Shown here: piece after piece, positions 11,436-26,202 of the stretch | Layout of the letters: each line of letters starts with the position of its first letter | How positions within the stretch are numbered: the stretch's first letter is position 1 | From: Octopus vulgaris | Taxonomy: Eukaryota | Direction: 5' to 3' | Length of the DNA: 64,000 bases | Assembly (NCBI GenBank): GCA_951406725.2 | Contig: OX597822.1 | Span: 15,500,001 to 15,564,000 of the forward strand | The notes under the pieces: model-generated | Told to the model about the DNA's origin: nothing | What the model saw: only the letters and a program-made list of their open reading frames with translations | Database searches by the model: none | Program-made: the position numbers and the translations under genes

Positions 11436-13399
11436 GTATAAACTTGATAATGCATTTCTGAGTTTAAGCAGGGTATGTTTGTGTGGAGGGGGTAGCATTT
11501 GTGGTTACCACCTCTGAAAGAAATGGGAATACGCCTGGGTATATGCAAAAAAAAAATGCTTGTGTGGATGTAAAATTTTAAAGAAAAATTAATGGATCAC
11601 ACGCACACCGCCAAATAAATTCTCAGGTGGAACCATCGGGACAAAGATGGAGCTACGAATAGCTAAATAACAAGACACGTGTTCAATATCCACCCAATCT
11701 TTTTCACTCGAAAGGTTTGGGACGAAAGGTGGTTACAGGAAATGAAACTTGTCCAAGATGCCATTCTTAGGAGTCGAAACCGCGACTTCATGATTGTCTT
11801 ATGATGTTCTTGTCAATGATTACGATGGAAGGAAACTAATGAAAACCTGTATAAGTTCATATTTAAAACCATATTTGAAATGTTACAAGCGACAGATTAC
11901 CATTCTGATACCACTCACGCAGCACCACCACACTTCCTTATACAGAATATTTTTCGTCTCAGAAAAATCTTGTTTAAAATTAAGAACTATATTCGCTTAC
12001 AGTTAGGCTTTCATTCATTTGTTAAAACAATATAATTTTTTGCCACGCAATCTAAGACACCGACAAGCTTGGATACTTGAACAACTCTGACAGGCGTGAT
12101 CTTACTGCATTTTTACACCCACCTCTTCATAGAAGCAGCGAATATACACTGAAATGCGCGGAGAAATATTTAATGGAATGGTGCTTTCGTTTGCATTCGA
12201 TATTTCTGAGCCGAAATTGCATGATTTATGTGATTGCCTTCATTAGTCATGGGCTGATGGAATAACAAGCAATGAAGAAATTTGATTAGATTAATAAAAG
12301 TAGACGAAAATCCGCTAATAGAAAATAAACATTACATTGCATCAATTGTCTGCCTATCTAAACAGAAGGCATATTGAATTCGCGTCTAGCAATTACATGC
12401 TGCATGTTTCAGTTATATTTATCAAGAAATTTAAGTATTCGTCCAAAATGAGGATATAAACCAGAAGCATATTTCTTTTCTCTTTCTTTGAATTTATATG
12501 ATTTTTTTAATAATATTTTCTAATGAAAATCTGAAAATTATTGGAAAATAACTTTGCTTGCAGGCCTGTTTAAATGTTATATCTGGTTTTCTGTGCTTGT
12601 GGCTATTCCCATCGAACAAAGCCCTCAGATTTGAGAAGATTAAAATTAAAATAAAATCGCCAATATTAATAATTAGCAACAATCTTGATAGTTTTAGAGA
12701 AAGAAAATAAGAGTTATATTTTGTTTTTTGTCATCATTTGAAACATGGAGAGGAAATATTCCTTCATTCTGCATCTAGTTAATTATATGCATGTTTTCAG
12801 CTCCAATGGTTGGTGGTGCTATCCAAGAAGCTATAGATGTTAGCTTAAATGAGAAATCATTTATATAACTTGCAATTAATTAGTTCTCAATGTGTGTTCC
12901 ATCTTCCGGCTCTGCACGGGTGGTGAACACCATGTGTAAATATCGGATGCTTGCTTTTACCTTAAGCTGTTCATCAGTTTACGCAAATGGCTTGCCCTTG
13001 GTGAAAAATAGAAAAGAAATGCGCGTTCGATTTCCGTAACTTAAAATTAAGTTTGGATACATTGCTGTATTGAATATTTCTGTCAACAAATAGGCGTATA
13101 TGAAGATTGGTACCACGGTTATAAGCAATTTGGCAATTTAAATGAATAAAATAGTGTGTATTTGTTAATTCTAGAGATAAAGTTTCAAACACGTCTTGCA
13201 AAACCCTTAATATAGATGGGAGTAGATGTCTGGCTGTTCAAGATTTCCTACGGCTTAAGATTATCTACTTCTGCCCTATTGATAGGCTATAATGAAAAAG
13301 GACAATAATTGAAAGGAAGATCCGTGTTCTAGTGGTTAGGTTGCTGTTGAGCTAGGTTCTCAGGCGTTACGACACGATTTCGTCTCCTGGATCGAATAT

Positions 13400-13800
13400 A
13401 GCGCAAGCATTCCTCACTCTGTCCCTGGGAGGATCTCCGAACACCTCCTGGGTCTTGTTCCCCAGCTTAGCCTTGGTGTTGCAGGCAAAGAGGTTGGTGT
13501 CTTTCTCAACCGCATCTCACACATAGTAATCGACGGGGTTGCAAACAAAGGAATTTGCAGGCCTGAAATTGTGGCTGGTGAATTCGTAGAAATTCTTCGA
13601 AGCTACTTTTGACTCTTTCAGGAGATACGGCAAGGGGCGAAATCTTGCTGCCACACTTATGGACATTCTTTAGCAACATTCTCCTCCAGCCAGTGTTTGA
13701 TCACAATCTCCATCTGCTACACATAGCCATCTGAATTGAGCACAAGGCTCTGTTCAGCAATGCAAGGATAAATTCCTTCGTGAGGATGTTGTCAGGATGC
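13400..13800 (-). mobile_element. Tc1/mariner-superfamily DDE/D transposase remnant
   Basis: Manual minus-strand translation gives LNSDGYV...VWQQDFAPC...FRPANSFVCNPVDYYV*DAVEK, resembling QQDxAPxH and WPPNSPDLNPxDY; contains stops and frameshifts. Confidence 0.75.
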
Positions 13801-14256
13801 CTACAGTGCTCCCATCTGCTGACCCCGGCTTTGTAGTGTCTGGTGCAGTTGACCATGTCACCTCTTACAGCCTTTAAAGTGTTCTCAGATTATTGATCAA
13901 CATTCGTTATGACACGGTTTCATTTCCTGGATTGAATATCGCCCTGAATCAATCAGTAAAGCAATTCATTTTACATTCTTCAACCACCATCAAATAAAAC
14001 GTAACACGTGTGGTATCTGAGGTTTCCTCTTTGAAAATCTTGATGAACTCCGGCCACGTGAGATAATACGCTCAATGCAGATTTACAAACTTTGAATCAA
14101 ACAGTGCTCTTTAAACTTCAAAAACATGTAACATAAAATAATCCAAAATAAGTATATAAAAGACTAAGAAATCTAAAACAAATCTAATGCACAATGAAGG
14201 TTAGATGGACGAATGATCCATATATAAGAATAGCGTATACAAGGCCTTGTGGTTCA

Positions 14257-14560
14257 GGTGGCTTAGTGGTTAGGGCATTCGGCTCATGATCGTAAGGTCG
14301 TGAGTTCAATTCCCGGCGGCGCGTTGTATCCTTGAGCAAGACTCTTTATTTCACGTTGCTCCAGTTCACTCAGCTGGCAAAAATGAGTAGTACCTGTATT
14401 TGAAAGGGCCAGCCTTGTCACACACTGTGTCACGCTGTATCTCCCCGAGAACTACGTTAAGGTTACACGTGTTTGTAGAGTGCTCAGCCACTTACACGTT
14501 AATTTCACGAGCTTATCGTATCAACTGGGACCCCTCGTCGTCGCAACCGACGGTGTGGTC
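14257..14560 (+). mobile_element. tRNA-derived SINE (family 3), followed by a degenerate related copy to ~14790
   Basis: A box (tggcttagtgg) and B box (gagttcaattcc), then tccttgagcaag...tttcacgttgctcc body. Confidence 0.75.
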
Positions 14561-14966
14561 CTATATATGAGGGTTTCAATTCCTGAATCGGTTGGTGTGT
14601 TGTGTTCTCGGGCAAAACACTTCATCTCTCGTTGCTCTACGGTCATTTCGAGATTTCGTATGTGACACACCGGACACTTGAGGCAACGTCGATTATCTGT
14701 TGGAGGTGGCTGAGCTAATGCACAGCACGAACATTCGATCGCTATAAGCAAAATCAGCAGGAAACTACAGAATTGTCTTTCTCAGACTACCATAATATGC
14801 GTGTGCGCGTGTGTGTGTATGAGTGTATATATATATATATGTATATGTGTATGTGTGTGTGCATACAGTTATGTAACTGAAAAGCTTATGCACATGCAAC
14901 ACTCTTACATTAGAAATTCTTCTTTATGTGATATTATTCCGAACACCCCTAAGTCTATGACATCTT

Positions 14967-15513
14967 ATATTAGATTGGCCAAAATTCCGTCCGGTTTTTG
15001 TAGACACTAAATTCCAAGCTTTATTAAGGAGCCAAGTACTCTAAGTGCAGTATGCCACGTGTGCATGCGCACTCATTAGATACTTGACAGTTCAAAGTAT
15101 TTGCAAGCAATCTTGTAACTAAACAGGTTGTATTTTTGATGATTGAGAACCAAAACAAACACTATCAACTCGTCGCTCTTTATGCAGTGCCCGGAGAGGA
15201 TGTTGTTACGGAACTGGCGTTAGATCAGGAAATTATATGGTTGAAGTTGCATCTCCCCTTGGCCAGCCAAATGCCATTAATAGCGATACTAAACCCCGTT
15301 CTACGACCAGGGTGATTAAAAATATTGCACACGCCTCGAAATCGAGGGTTGAAAAGCATTGGCATCAACTTGGGTTCCGTACACAGGTTTGATGTCAGTG
15401 CCACCCGTCAATGGAGAGAGGGTAACCTCATTCAACGGATCTCCATCTGCGATTCAGAAATGTGACGAAGACGGTCCTTTTTAAGGAGAATGGTGACAGG
15501 GGAAGAGATGGTG
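14967..15513 (+). mobile_element. Mariner transposon 5' remnant
   Basis: Mariner-like TIR tattagattggccaaaattccgtccggtttt; degenerate peptide pieces HQLG..RFDV, NLIQRISICDS, FLRRMVTGE. Confidence 0.65.
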
Positions 15514-15529
15514 AAGGAAACTGCGTGGG

Positions 15530-15568
<39 letters not shown>

Positions 15569-16715
15569 GCGTGTGTGTCCCTGTGTGTGTGGGGGGGTGG
15601 ATGTGTGTTAGCTCATGTCTCATCCCAACCGTTTGGAAGCACTAACTGAATAATTACCAAAATTGGAAATTAATAATGGGCTCGAGTTATGTGACTTAAC
15701 CCATGCATTCGGGGTCACAGCATGGCCGTAATTGAATGTATTGAACAACTAATAAAAAGGAGAGCAAAAAGACAGATAGAGAAAGCTGTGCTTATGAAGA
15801 ATCGCCAGCCACCGAGTTTCAACGGATGTAGCTGTTTCTTCTGCCTAACGAGACAGTTACTCTCTTCCACAGAGCTGCTCTACACTACAGCCTGCTTGCA
15901 ATGATATTGTTATAAAATATTCCAATATCGATCGCCTTAATATAGAATTAATAGTAATGCAGAGCCATGATTTCTTATTTTACTTTTGTTTTTATTATCT
16001 TTTATTTTGACTTTGTTTTCTTTGTTCTTTTTATTATTCTTCCTCATATCGAACCGCATTATGTTCAGATATCCAGTATCTATAACTTCAAAGTATATTA
16101 TAAGCATACTCTTGACGCTTTGATGTCATTCTTGGTTATTTTTATCGATCGATTTTAATCAAATAAAATCGTAAAATGAAGTCAAAGATGTAAGAATGTG
16201 CGCCATTATCTGAACATTCAAATTTTCTGCCTCGCATTTGTTTATGTTTTCTTTCGCAAACACTACATTGTTACTAGTTAGAACACTTCGGATGTTTAAG
16301 TGTCTTTTTATGGACTGTTCTACACTTTAAGATCTAAATAATCATTTTGTTTTATAGTTAGATCACTGGATGTTTTTGTTTACTCTTTACTGTTCAAGGA
16401 AACTTTCAGATACGCTGATTATTTTTAATATATTGCATATCAATTAATATATGTATTTATTTTACGACCATCCTATGATAATGCTAAGCGAAGATGGATC
16501 CGGTTAACTATTTTAGGCGTAGGATGTTTCAATAAACTTGCCAACAGATTCGATATCATTTGAATAATATATGAGCAAAGGATATGTAACGATCTCTCTT
16601 CCACCTTCTCTCTCTTTCTTTATACCTCCTCTCTCTCTCTACATACACACACATATTTTATATCATCCTTATTATTACTATCATCATTACTATGATTATC
16701 ATTATTATTATTATT

Positions 16716-17236
16716 GAGTGAGAGCAGTGCGTACCATCAAAGTGACACTGGGGTGCAAATATACAATGCTCAGTATACCCATCATGACTACCCGTCTGAT
16801 AAGAGTACACAAGGCACATGCATCATGACCATATGTGCGCGACATGGTGATCTGATATCAAGATAAGCAGCACATGACCTTGCAGGTAGGGTCCAGTTAG
16901 AGTTTTCTTCAGATCGAGTAGCCAATCCCACTCAAATGGTCCATGAATAAGGGTTGTTTGTGGATGTTGAAACTCCTCCAAATTCCTTTCCACACATGGC
17001 TATGATTCTCCCCCCCACTAATTCTGCTCGTAATCAGAGATGGACATATCGTCAGCCACTAAGGGACATGCTAAACTGGTGAAGCTCAAACAACTGACAC
17101 GCAAATCTGTGGTATTCAGTAGAATATTTATGTAGCCCATCTTTTATACCAAGACAAAACAATGTACATGATAACACTTCCAATCAGTTAAGGTCAGACG
17201 CCATAACAGCCACTGCCAGGTACTGCATCAGAGCAT
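16716..17236 (-). mobile_element. Non-coding repeat segment between (TAA)n tracts, probably a 3' UTR fragment of a TAA-targeting LINE
   Basis: GC-richer ~520 bp block bounded on both sides by (tta)n; no ORF; family assignment is inference. Confidence 0.45.
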
Positions 17237-17296
17237 TTATTATTATTATTATTATTATTATTGTTGTTGTTGTTGTTGTTGTTGTTATTATTTTAT

Positions 17297-18022
17297 TGTC
17301 TTTGTCTTTGTACAGCTTCTAACGCTGGAGATGTACTACAGTGTCAGCTGTTCATTACCAGTGAAGTAAGGTAATATCCCTTATTTTTCGAGCACCATCC
17401 GGAGTATTGGAGTGGTTCCAAGCAGTGCTGTTTTGTGCAGGTGCTCCACACTTATTGCAGCCCCTATTTGTTCCATGTACTTCTCAAGAGTTTTACTCAC
17501 TGTTCCCAGGACTCACCGGCCAAAACTGCTTAACCTACCATGTAAACCTGTCATATCTATCGGCTTTTCGCTCTTTTCTTATCACATACCTCGTTGTCAG
17601 CTGGGAATGCTATATCTATGATCCAGCATCGTTTGATTTCTTTCTCAATTAACACTATGTCTGGTTTCCTATTCTCTATCTCATGATCTCACTGAATCAC
17701 AAAATCCCATAGGATTTCGATGATGCCTTCGGGTTTATATTCGTTCCACTTTATTGCTCTGTCAAGTCCATACTTGTTGCAAAGTGTCCAATGAACCATT
17801 CTTGCGATATTATCATGACGTCTCTTATATTCTTTCCCTGCTAGTCGCGCATTTGAATGGTCATATGCCACACGGTTTCACCGTTTTATCCACAGATTCT
17901 GCACTTATCACTTTCTGGTGTGTTGTCTCTTCTATATTTCATGTAATTCGTTCTTAGTGCTTGCTGTTGGGCAGCACAGATTAGAGCCTCCTTTTCCGGC
18001 ATTAAATCACTTTTAGTCATCC
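17297..18022 (-). mobile_element. 3' fragment of an R4/Dong-like RLE LINE (second family)
   Basis: Peptides LAGKEYKRRHDNIARMVHWTLC, ILWDFVIQ, NRKPDIVLIEK and KTALLGT; abuts (tta)n/(ttg)n. Confidence 0.8.
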
Positions 18023-18023
18023 T

Positions 18024-18250
18024 TTACCTCGTCATTGAATGTTTGATTCCACCACCTTCAAATACCCCTTGATATTTGTAGCTATCCGCTGCTTCTAACT
18101 TCTTTATGACGTTCTGTTGGTCAACATTAACGTTGGATGGTTCCATCATTTTTCCTTTGATAAAGGTAGCTATTGAACATTTGTCGACGCCAAATTGCAT
18201 CGTGACGTTATCACAGAATAGCTTGTAAGCCCTGTAGTTGTTAGTCATTT
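18024..18250 (-). mobile_element. RT-thumb fragment of an RLE-type LINE
   Basis: MQFGVDKCS...SYKYQGV resembles MKFGLEKCA...TYKYLVI in the 19424-20713 ORF. Confidence 0.65.
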
Positions 18251-18296
18251 TTTGCAAAGAAATAATTCATGTTTTAACAAACATTTTACAGCAATA

Positions 18297-18373
<77 letters not shown>

Positions 18374-18376
<3 letters not shown>

Positions 18377-18968
18377 TAGTTTTATTTTTATAACGTGCTT
18401 TCACTTCACTACCGAGCGCAGCTCTGTGTGCCTTGGGTATGTGCTGTGATTTGTTGTGATGCTCTGATGGTTATTGTATGGAAAGTGTTCTGCCTAGGAT
18501 GTGTGCAGTGCCTAGTAGTGCAATTTTCTGTATGTTATATGTGTTTGTAAATCCTGGTGTTTTTGTTATGTATTTGTCTGAATATTTTTCTATCATGCCT
18601 AATGCACCTACTATGATAGGAATTGTTTCTGTTTTTAGATTCCACATTCTGGTTACCTCTATTTCCAGGTCTTTGTATTTTGAAAGTTTCTCCATTTCTT
18701 TTAGAGAAACGTTGTCATCAGCCGGTATTGATACATCAATTAGAAAGCATTTTTTTCTTTATGATCTCTGACAACTATATCTGGTCTGTTGGCCTTAATT
18801 TCTCTATCTGTGTGTATCGGGATATCCCAGAGTTTGGTTGCTTTCTCGTTTTCTGTGACCTTTTCTGGTGTGTGCCTATACCATTTTTTTTCTATTGTTA
18901 TTCCATAATGTTGGCATAGCTTCCAACGTATGTAGGTTGTTCCAACTCTGTCATGTCTGTGATATTCC

Positions 18969-18970
<2 letters not shown>
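18374..18970 (-). mobile_element. Short 3' copy of the R4/Dong-like LINE
   Basis: Highly similar to 19058-19655; bounded by (TAA)n on both sides. Confidence 0.9.
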
Positions 18971-19057
<87 letters not shown>

Positions 19058-19060
<3 letters not shown>

Positions 19061-21398
19061 TAGTTTTATTTTTATAGCGTGCTTTCACTTCACTACCGAG
19101 CGCAGCTCTGTGTGCCTTGGGTATGTGCTGTGATTTGTTGTGATACTCTGATGGTTATTGTATGGAAAGTGTTCTGCGTAGGATGTGTGCAGTGCCTAGT
19201 AGTGCAATTTTCTGTATGATATATGTGTTTGTAAGTCCTGATGTTTTTGTTATGTATTTGTCTGAATATTTTTCTATCATGCCTAATGCACCTACTATGA
19301 TAGGAATTGTTTCTGTTTTCAGGTTCCACATTCTAGTTATCTCTATTTCCAGGTCTTTGTATTTTGAGAGTTTCTCCATTTCTTTTAGAGACATGTTGTC
19401 ATCTGCCGGTATTGATACATCAATTAGAAAGCATTTTTTTCTTCATGATCTCTGACAACTATATCTGGTCTGTTGGCCTTAATTTCTCTATCTGTGTGTA
19501 TCGGCATATCCCAGAGTATGGTTGCTTTCTCGTTTTCTGTGACCTTTTCTGGTGTGTGCCTATACCATCTTTTTTCTGTTGTTATTCCATAATGTTGGCA
19601 TAGCTTCCAATGTATGTAGGTTCCAACTCTGTCATGTCTGTGAATATATTCCTTCTTAGCCAGGACTTGGCAGCTAGAGATAATATGATTTATTGTTTCT
19701 TGTCCATCTCCACATATTCTGCAGTTACTTGTAATATTTCTTTTCATTACATGTTTTTGGTAATTTCTGGTGGGGAGGCTTTGGTCTTGTGCTGCAGTTA
19801 AAAATCCCTCTGTTTCTGCTTTGAGTCCTGAGCTTCTCAACCATTGCTGGTATTTTTCTTTGTCTATTTCTTTTGCGTTTAGTTTAGTGCAGTATTTACC
19901 ATGAAGGGGCTTTTCTTGCCATCGTTTTATCATGGCTCGTTGCTGTTCTATTTTTAGTTTGGATTTCATTTGTTTTATAGCTTTTGTTGTTTCTTCATCA
20001 TCTTCTTCTTCTTCTTTGTGTTTATTACGTGGTATGATTTCTTGTTTGTATTTGTCAGCTTCCTGAAATACTGAGAACAGTTTTTTGTTTTGCTCGTGTT
20101 TTGCTGCTATCTGGATCAGTTTTCCTTCCTTCTGAAGTAGGTATTTTTGCAGTCCTATGGTGGTTATTTTATAGTAGTTTTCCAGCTGTATAAGGCCTCT
20201 ACCACCTTCTATACGTTGTATATATAGTCTTTCTATGTCAGATTTTGGGTGATGCATCCTAGATCCTGTCAGTATTTTTCTTGTTTTCCTATCTATTTTG
20301 GACAGTTCATTTCGTGTCCAGTTAAGGATATTGTAGCTGTAACTTATAACTGGGACAGCTAAAGTGTTGATACCTATTATCTTGTTTTTAGCATTGAGCT
20401 CTGTTTTTAGTATTGATCTAACTCGTCTATAATATTCTTTTTTTATTTTCTCTTTCATTTGTGTGTGTTGTGTCTTATCTAGTTCATGGATTACTAAGTA
20501 TTTGTAAGTTTGGCTTTGGTCTAATTCTTTTATTTCATTGGTTTTATCTAGTGTGATGTTGTTACTCTTAACTAGTTTTCCTCTTTTCATGGTTACTTTG
20601 GCGCATTTTTCTAATCCAAATTTCATATCTATTTCTTTGGTAAATCCATGAACTGTCTTTAATAGTGTTTCCAGCTGTTTGTCATTTGCAGCGTATAGTT
20701 TTAGGTCATCCATATATAAAAGGTGGCTGATCGTTTTGCCGTAACATTTATATCCGCATCAGTTCTATTTAGCATATCAGATAGAGGTGACAGTGCCAAG
20801 CAGAAAAGGAGTGGAGAGAGCGTGTCTCCCTGGAATATTCCTCTTCTAATGGGGATGTCTTTGGTTTTCATGAGTCCCTCTTTTGTTTGGAGGTGTAGGA
20901 CTGTTTGCCATTTATTCATAGAGTGCTCTATGAATTTTATGATTGTTGGTGCTACTTTGTTAATGGCTAGTGTTTCGAGGATCCATGTGTGGGGGATGCT
21001 ATCAAACGCCTTTTTGTAGTCAATCCAGGCCATACTGAGGCCTTTCTTCTTTCTGTGGCTGTCTTCAATTACGGCTTTATTAATCATTAGTTGATCTTTA
21101 CAACCATATGAGCCCTTGCGGCATCCTTTCTGCTCTACTGGGAACAGTTTGTTTTCGCCCAGGTGCTTGTTCAGCCTTTGCGATATCACTGCAGTAAATG
21201 CCTTGAACATAGTAGGGAGGCAGGTTATTGGTCTGTAGTTTTCTGGTTTTGTTGTTTCATTTGATTTGGGAATTAAGATGGTTTTCCCCTTCGTGAGCCA
21301 TTCAGGCATTGTCTCTGGCTCTGCTAGTATGCTGTTAAAGTTTTCAGCCAGCTTTTTGTGCATTCCTGTTAGATATTTCAACCAGAAGTTGGGGATCT
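19058..21398 (-). mobile_element. R4/Dong-like non-LTR retrotransposon (RT, CCHC knuckle, restriction-like endonuclease), 5'-truncated, two frameshifts
   Basis: NYRPITCL, WIDYKKAFDS, GIFQGDTLSPLLF, (Y)MDDLKLYA, CRICGDGQETINHIISSC, RHD, RPDIV...EKLSKYKDL; embedded in (TAA)n. Confidence 0.93.
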
Positions 21399-21637
<239 letters not shown>

Positions 21638-22088
21638 TAAAATTGTTTGATTCGGGCCCCATGTGCCTTATAGATTTGCAGGCTTCTCAGAAACCCTGTT
21701 CGTTAAGGTCCAGCTTACTGACTGACGAAATACAGAAAGTCAACGCTGGTAAATGGAAATCGAAGTTGTCTATTGGAAAATAGGCCGCTATTGACCGAAG
21801 CAGGTCACACGATGTTGTTAATAGAGAAATGGGCATTCATCGACACCAGATGCATCACGTGGCACATTCTGCCTTTGTGTTTGATGGGCCTCTATAGGGA
21901 TTTGGAAGCTGACAAAAGTTGTGAGTGTGCGTGTGTGTGTGTGGTGTGTGCATGTGTGTATGTATGTAAGTATGTATTTGTGAGTGTAATTCATAAATTA
22001 ATGCAAAATTCATATGCATTATTTCCCGTTTCCCCCGCTCCTATTTACATCTACATTGTTTATATTCACACTTTATATTCACACTCCT

Positions 22089-22252
22089 AGGCATAGGAGT
22101 GGCTGTGTGGTAAGTTGCTTGCTTACGAGCTACATGGTTCCGGGTTCAGTCCCACTGCATTGCACCTTGGGAAAGTGTCTTCTACTATAGCCTCGGGCCG
22201 ACCAAAGCCTTGTGAGTGGATTTGGTAGACGGAAACTGAAAGAAGCCCGTCG

Positions 22253-22286
<34 letters not shown>

Positions 22287-22498
22287 CATGTTTGTGTGTC
22301 TGTGTTTGTCCCCCCAACATCGCATGACAACCGATGCTGATGTGTTTACGTCCCCGTAACTTAGCGGTTCGGTAAAAGGAGGCCGATAGAATAAGTACTA
22401 GGCTTTCAATGAAAGTCGATTTGCTCGACTAAAGGCGGTGCTCCAGCATGGCCGCAGTCAAATGACTGTAACAAGTAAAAGAGTAAAAGAGAGTAAGA
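22089..22498 (+). mobile_element. Full-length SINE family 1
   Basis: tRNA-like head (gtggctgtgtggtaag; gggttcagtccc), internal (TA)n(TG)n, and a gtaaaaga-repeat tail. Confidence 0.9.
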
Positions 22499-22926
22499 GT
22501 ACATACATGTGTGAACCCTCCTCCCCCCACACACTATACGCTCTAACATTCCCGACTGGATGACGTCACTGCTGGAGTAGACCCTAACCCTAAACCTCAT
22601 CACAACCATATAAATAATGCTTAGAGTGCCTCGACTGGTATGGTTTATATCTCCAGATGTCCTGAACAATAATGTCAATTCGGTTTATTTTGAAACCAGG
22701 TTCATTTTCCGAATCATTTTGAATACCAAATTTTTTCCATCCATGCGCCAACCTTGTCCATACGAATCACACCTGTGTAACTTTTGGTTAACAAATTACC
22801 TTCAGTCTTAATAATCTTTAATGCTTTTCTACCTGTACAATGGCTACCGTTGGTCTTTTTACTGAGCCGAGACAGAGACCGCTGTGTTTGTCACTCTAGC
22901 ATCGTTCTCTTTCTTTTGTTGAAGGT

Positions 22927-23340
22927 CTTTTACTCTTTTACTCCTTTACTTGTTTCAGTCATTTGACTGCGGCCATGCTGGATCACCGCCTTTAGTCGAG
23001 CAAATTGACCCCAAGACTTATTCTTTGGAAGCCTAGTACTTATTCTATCAGTCTCTTTTGTCGAATCACTAAATTACGGGGATGTAAACACACCACCATC
23101 GGTTGTCAAGCGATGTTGGGGTGGGGACAAACACAGACACACAAAAATATACACACACATACATATATATATATATACATATATACGACGGGCTTCTTTC
23201 AGTTTCCGTCTGCCAAATCAACTCACAAGGCTTTGGTCGGCCCGAGGCTATAGTAGAAGACATTTGCCTAAGGTGCCACGCAATGGGACTAAACCCGGAA
23301 CTATGTGGTTGGTAAGCAAGCTACTTACCACACCAGCGCC
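22927..23340 (-). mobile_element. Full-length SINE family 1
   Basis: Reverse complement of 22089-22498. Confidence 0.9.
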
Positions 23341-23344
23341 TGTG

Positions 23345-23830
23345 CTCGCAACAATATTTTCTGTTTGGAAAGCTATTTTTAGAACTCTTTCAGTTCATCT
23401 AAATCGCCGCCTTTAAGTAATCTGTTTCGGTCGCAAGTGAGTGTTTGCGAATTTGCTCATTATGATTTTTTTATGAACTGCATGTCGTGAAGTCAAGATC
23501 GCATCCTCAGATTTCTATCGAAAAGTCTGTCACTGAAATAAAATAATTGTTCTCTAGGAAAAATGTTAGTCTTATTTTAGTTTATGATTTTAATCATGCA
23601 TACAATTATCTCACAATTAGAATTTAATGGCCTCAATTCCAAACTGGTGAGGGATTTTTAAATGCAGGTTCACAATATCGAAAGATGCCATTAAAGTTTT
23701 CTCGTTGATTCTTTTTGGGAAATGGTTGAGCATAGCAAATACATGAGTTACGAAGATTCTGATATGCTTGGGAAATGACTTGGATAGGTTATCCCAAAAG
23801 TTACAGTGGCGATTTAACATACTTTTAAGC
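23345..23830 (-). mobile_element. Penelope-like RT remnant
   Basis: NEKTLMASFDIVNLHLKIPHQFGIEAIKF, followed by LENNYF, resembles the PLE RT motif SFDVxxLYTxIP...LxNNYF. Confidence 0.65.
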
Positions 23831-23984
23831 ATGTGCAGTTACTTTTACACATAGTTCCATCATGCATCTTCACAATCACGCAGTTATACAAGCACACACA
23901 TGAATTCACACAGTCCGTTTCCTAGTTTGTTTTTATGTTTTCGTTTCTCGTTGAGTTCTACGTTTATTTGTGGTGTCCTGTACT

Positions 23985-24032
<48 letters not shown>

Positions 24033-24158
24033 GTACATATACATGTAGATGTAAGTACGTACATATATGTATGTATGCATATATTTTATTTATTAAATTA
24101 TTGTATGACTGAGCGCCCTCGCGTCGGTTCGATTCGTTTCTTTTCTCCAAGTAAGTTG

Positions 24159-24195
<37 letters not shown>

Positions 24196-24725
24196 TGTAA
24201 ATCTACACGGTTCTGGGAGTAGCTTTATCCTTCAAATATTATACTGAATTTGTTGTTTTATATTTTCTATATATATATACCTGCTTTCCCAAATAATCTT
24301 GCAATTCGTTTTGGAACCTAGGGAGACGTTATAAGGTAATGCACAAGCACTCAGTTCCGAGCGCACTTTAAATATACCAGAAACAGCTGTAAGGTAATGA
24401 AGCTCACTGCATCATTTCCAGTTCGTTTGTTATTTAATTCATTTCCATATTATGCTGTGTGTCCAACTAACGTATTATTCTGAACCATATATTAAGTTCT
24501 AACAACAGGCTATTAGTACCTTAGCGAAACATCAATATGTGTGTGTGCGTGTGTGTGCGTGCGCATGCGAGTGTGTGTGTAAGTATCTTTGTATGTGACG
24601 TGTATAACTTAATTAGCATTCACAAACGATATTATTAAACGAATGCACTGCATATGATTGTACCTGAATAGTTATTTTATATATATTATATACACGTATA
24701 CATTCCTATATACATACACACACAT

Positions 24726-24788
<63 letters not shown>

Positions 24789-25868
24789 GCTGTGTGTGCA
24801 TATCTATGCAAGCCTCTGTGTACCTGTATGTATGCATGTTGCATACAAGTGCACACTAAATATACACATCCATACATATACATATGTATAATTTACTGAC
24901 GGAAGTGTTTTCTCTTATGTTTCTCTTACAAACCATTTTGCGATTACATGCAATTACATAATTACTTCTTGTCACAATCTGCTAGCGGTAATTGCATATC
25001 TGGTGTATATGTTAAATATTGTATTCCTCGGACTTGCGGAAACGAATTTTCTTTCAAGTTGTTTTCCGTGTCATTTCATAATGTATACATATGTAATAGA
25101 CGTTGTCACCGATTTCCGCCTGACATGCTTCCAGAAACATTACATAAACCTATAGAAACGTAGCGTTTTCCTACCACGATATTTTATGAGTTAATTAGGT
25201 TTCGGCATTTTATTGATAGATGCAAGCAACATTTTGCAATCAGCCAAGCAAAATGTATATCTATAGAAATATTTATTAACATTTTATTCGAATAAAGTCG
25301 TGCACGGTGCAGTAGGTCTTTAAACAAAACGTCGATTTTGTCTTTGCGCAAATACGTTGAACTTGGGCTCATTCGGTGCAGAATTAACATTGTACAACAA
25401 TTACACTAAGTTCTAATTTCACATATACATATCCAAAAGCCTGTCTACATCCACCTAAACACACGTAAATAATTTATATAGCGATAAATCTATAAGTACT
25501 AATGCAATGGCGGGAAATTCGAATCGAGAAGCAAACTCATCTTCAATTACAATACTTTAAAAGAAATCTCTATATTATATGTAAGCGCAAAGTTGTCTGT
25601 CTAGTTAAGAGGCCACTTTCCAACTACGATGTTATAGTTCAGTCCCACAGGGCGGAACCTTGGACATGTTTCCTACTACAGACTAGGATCTACCAATCGT
25701 TGTCTGAATTCGGTAGGCGGAAACTGAGTGACAGTTTCCGTCAGTGGACTAAAACATGCTATGGAGTATTGTGCAAAAATATGTGTGTATGAGTGCCAAG
25801 CTGCTTCACTCTGTATGCTTTAGCATCGTTACCATAGCAACAGTCCAGATATGTATTGATCATACCTC

Positions 25869-25913
<45 letters not shown>

Positions 25914-25914
25914 C

Positions 25915-26202
<288 letters not shown>

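Noticed and set aside
14257-14330. tRNA-like sequence with A and B boxes (also 22089 and 44600)
   Set aside because: No complete cloverleaf or acceptor stem; each continues into a SINE body.
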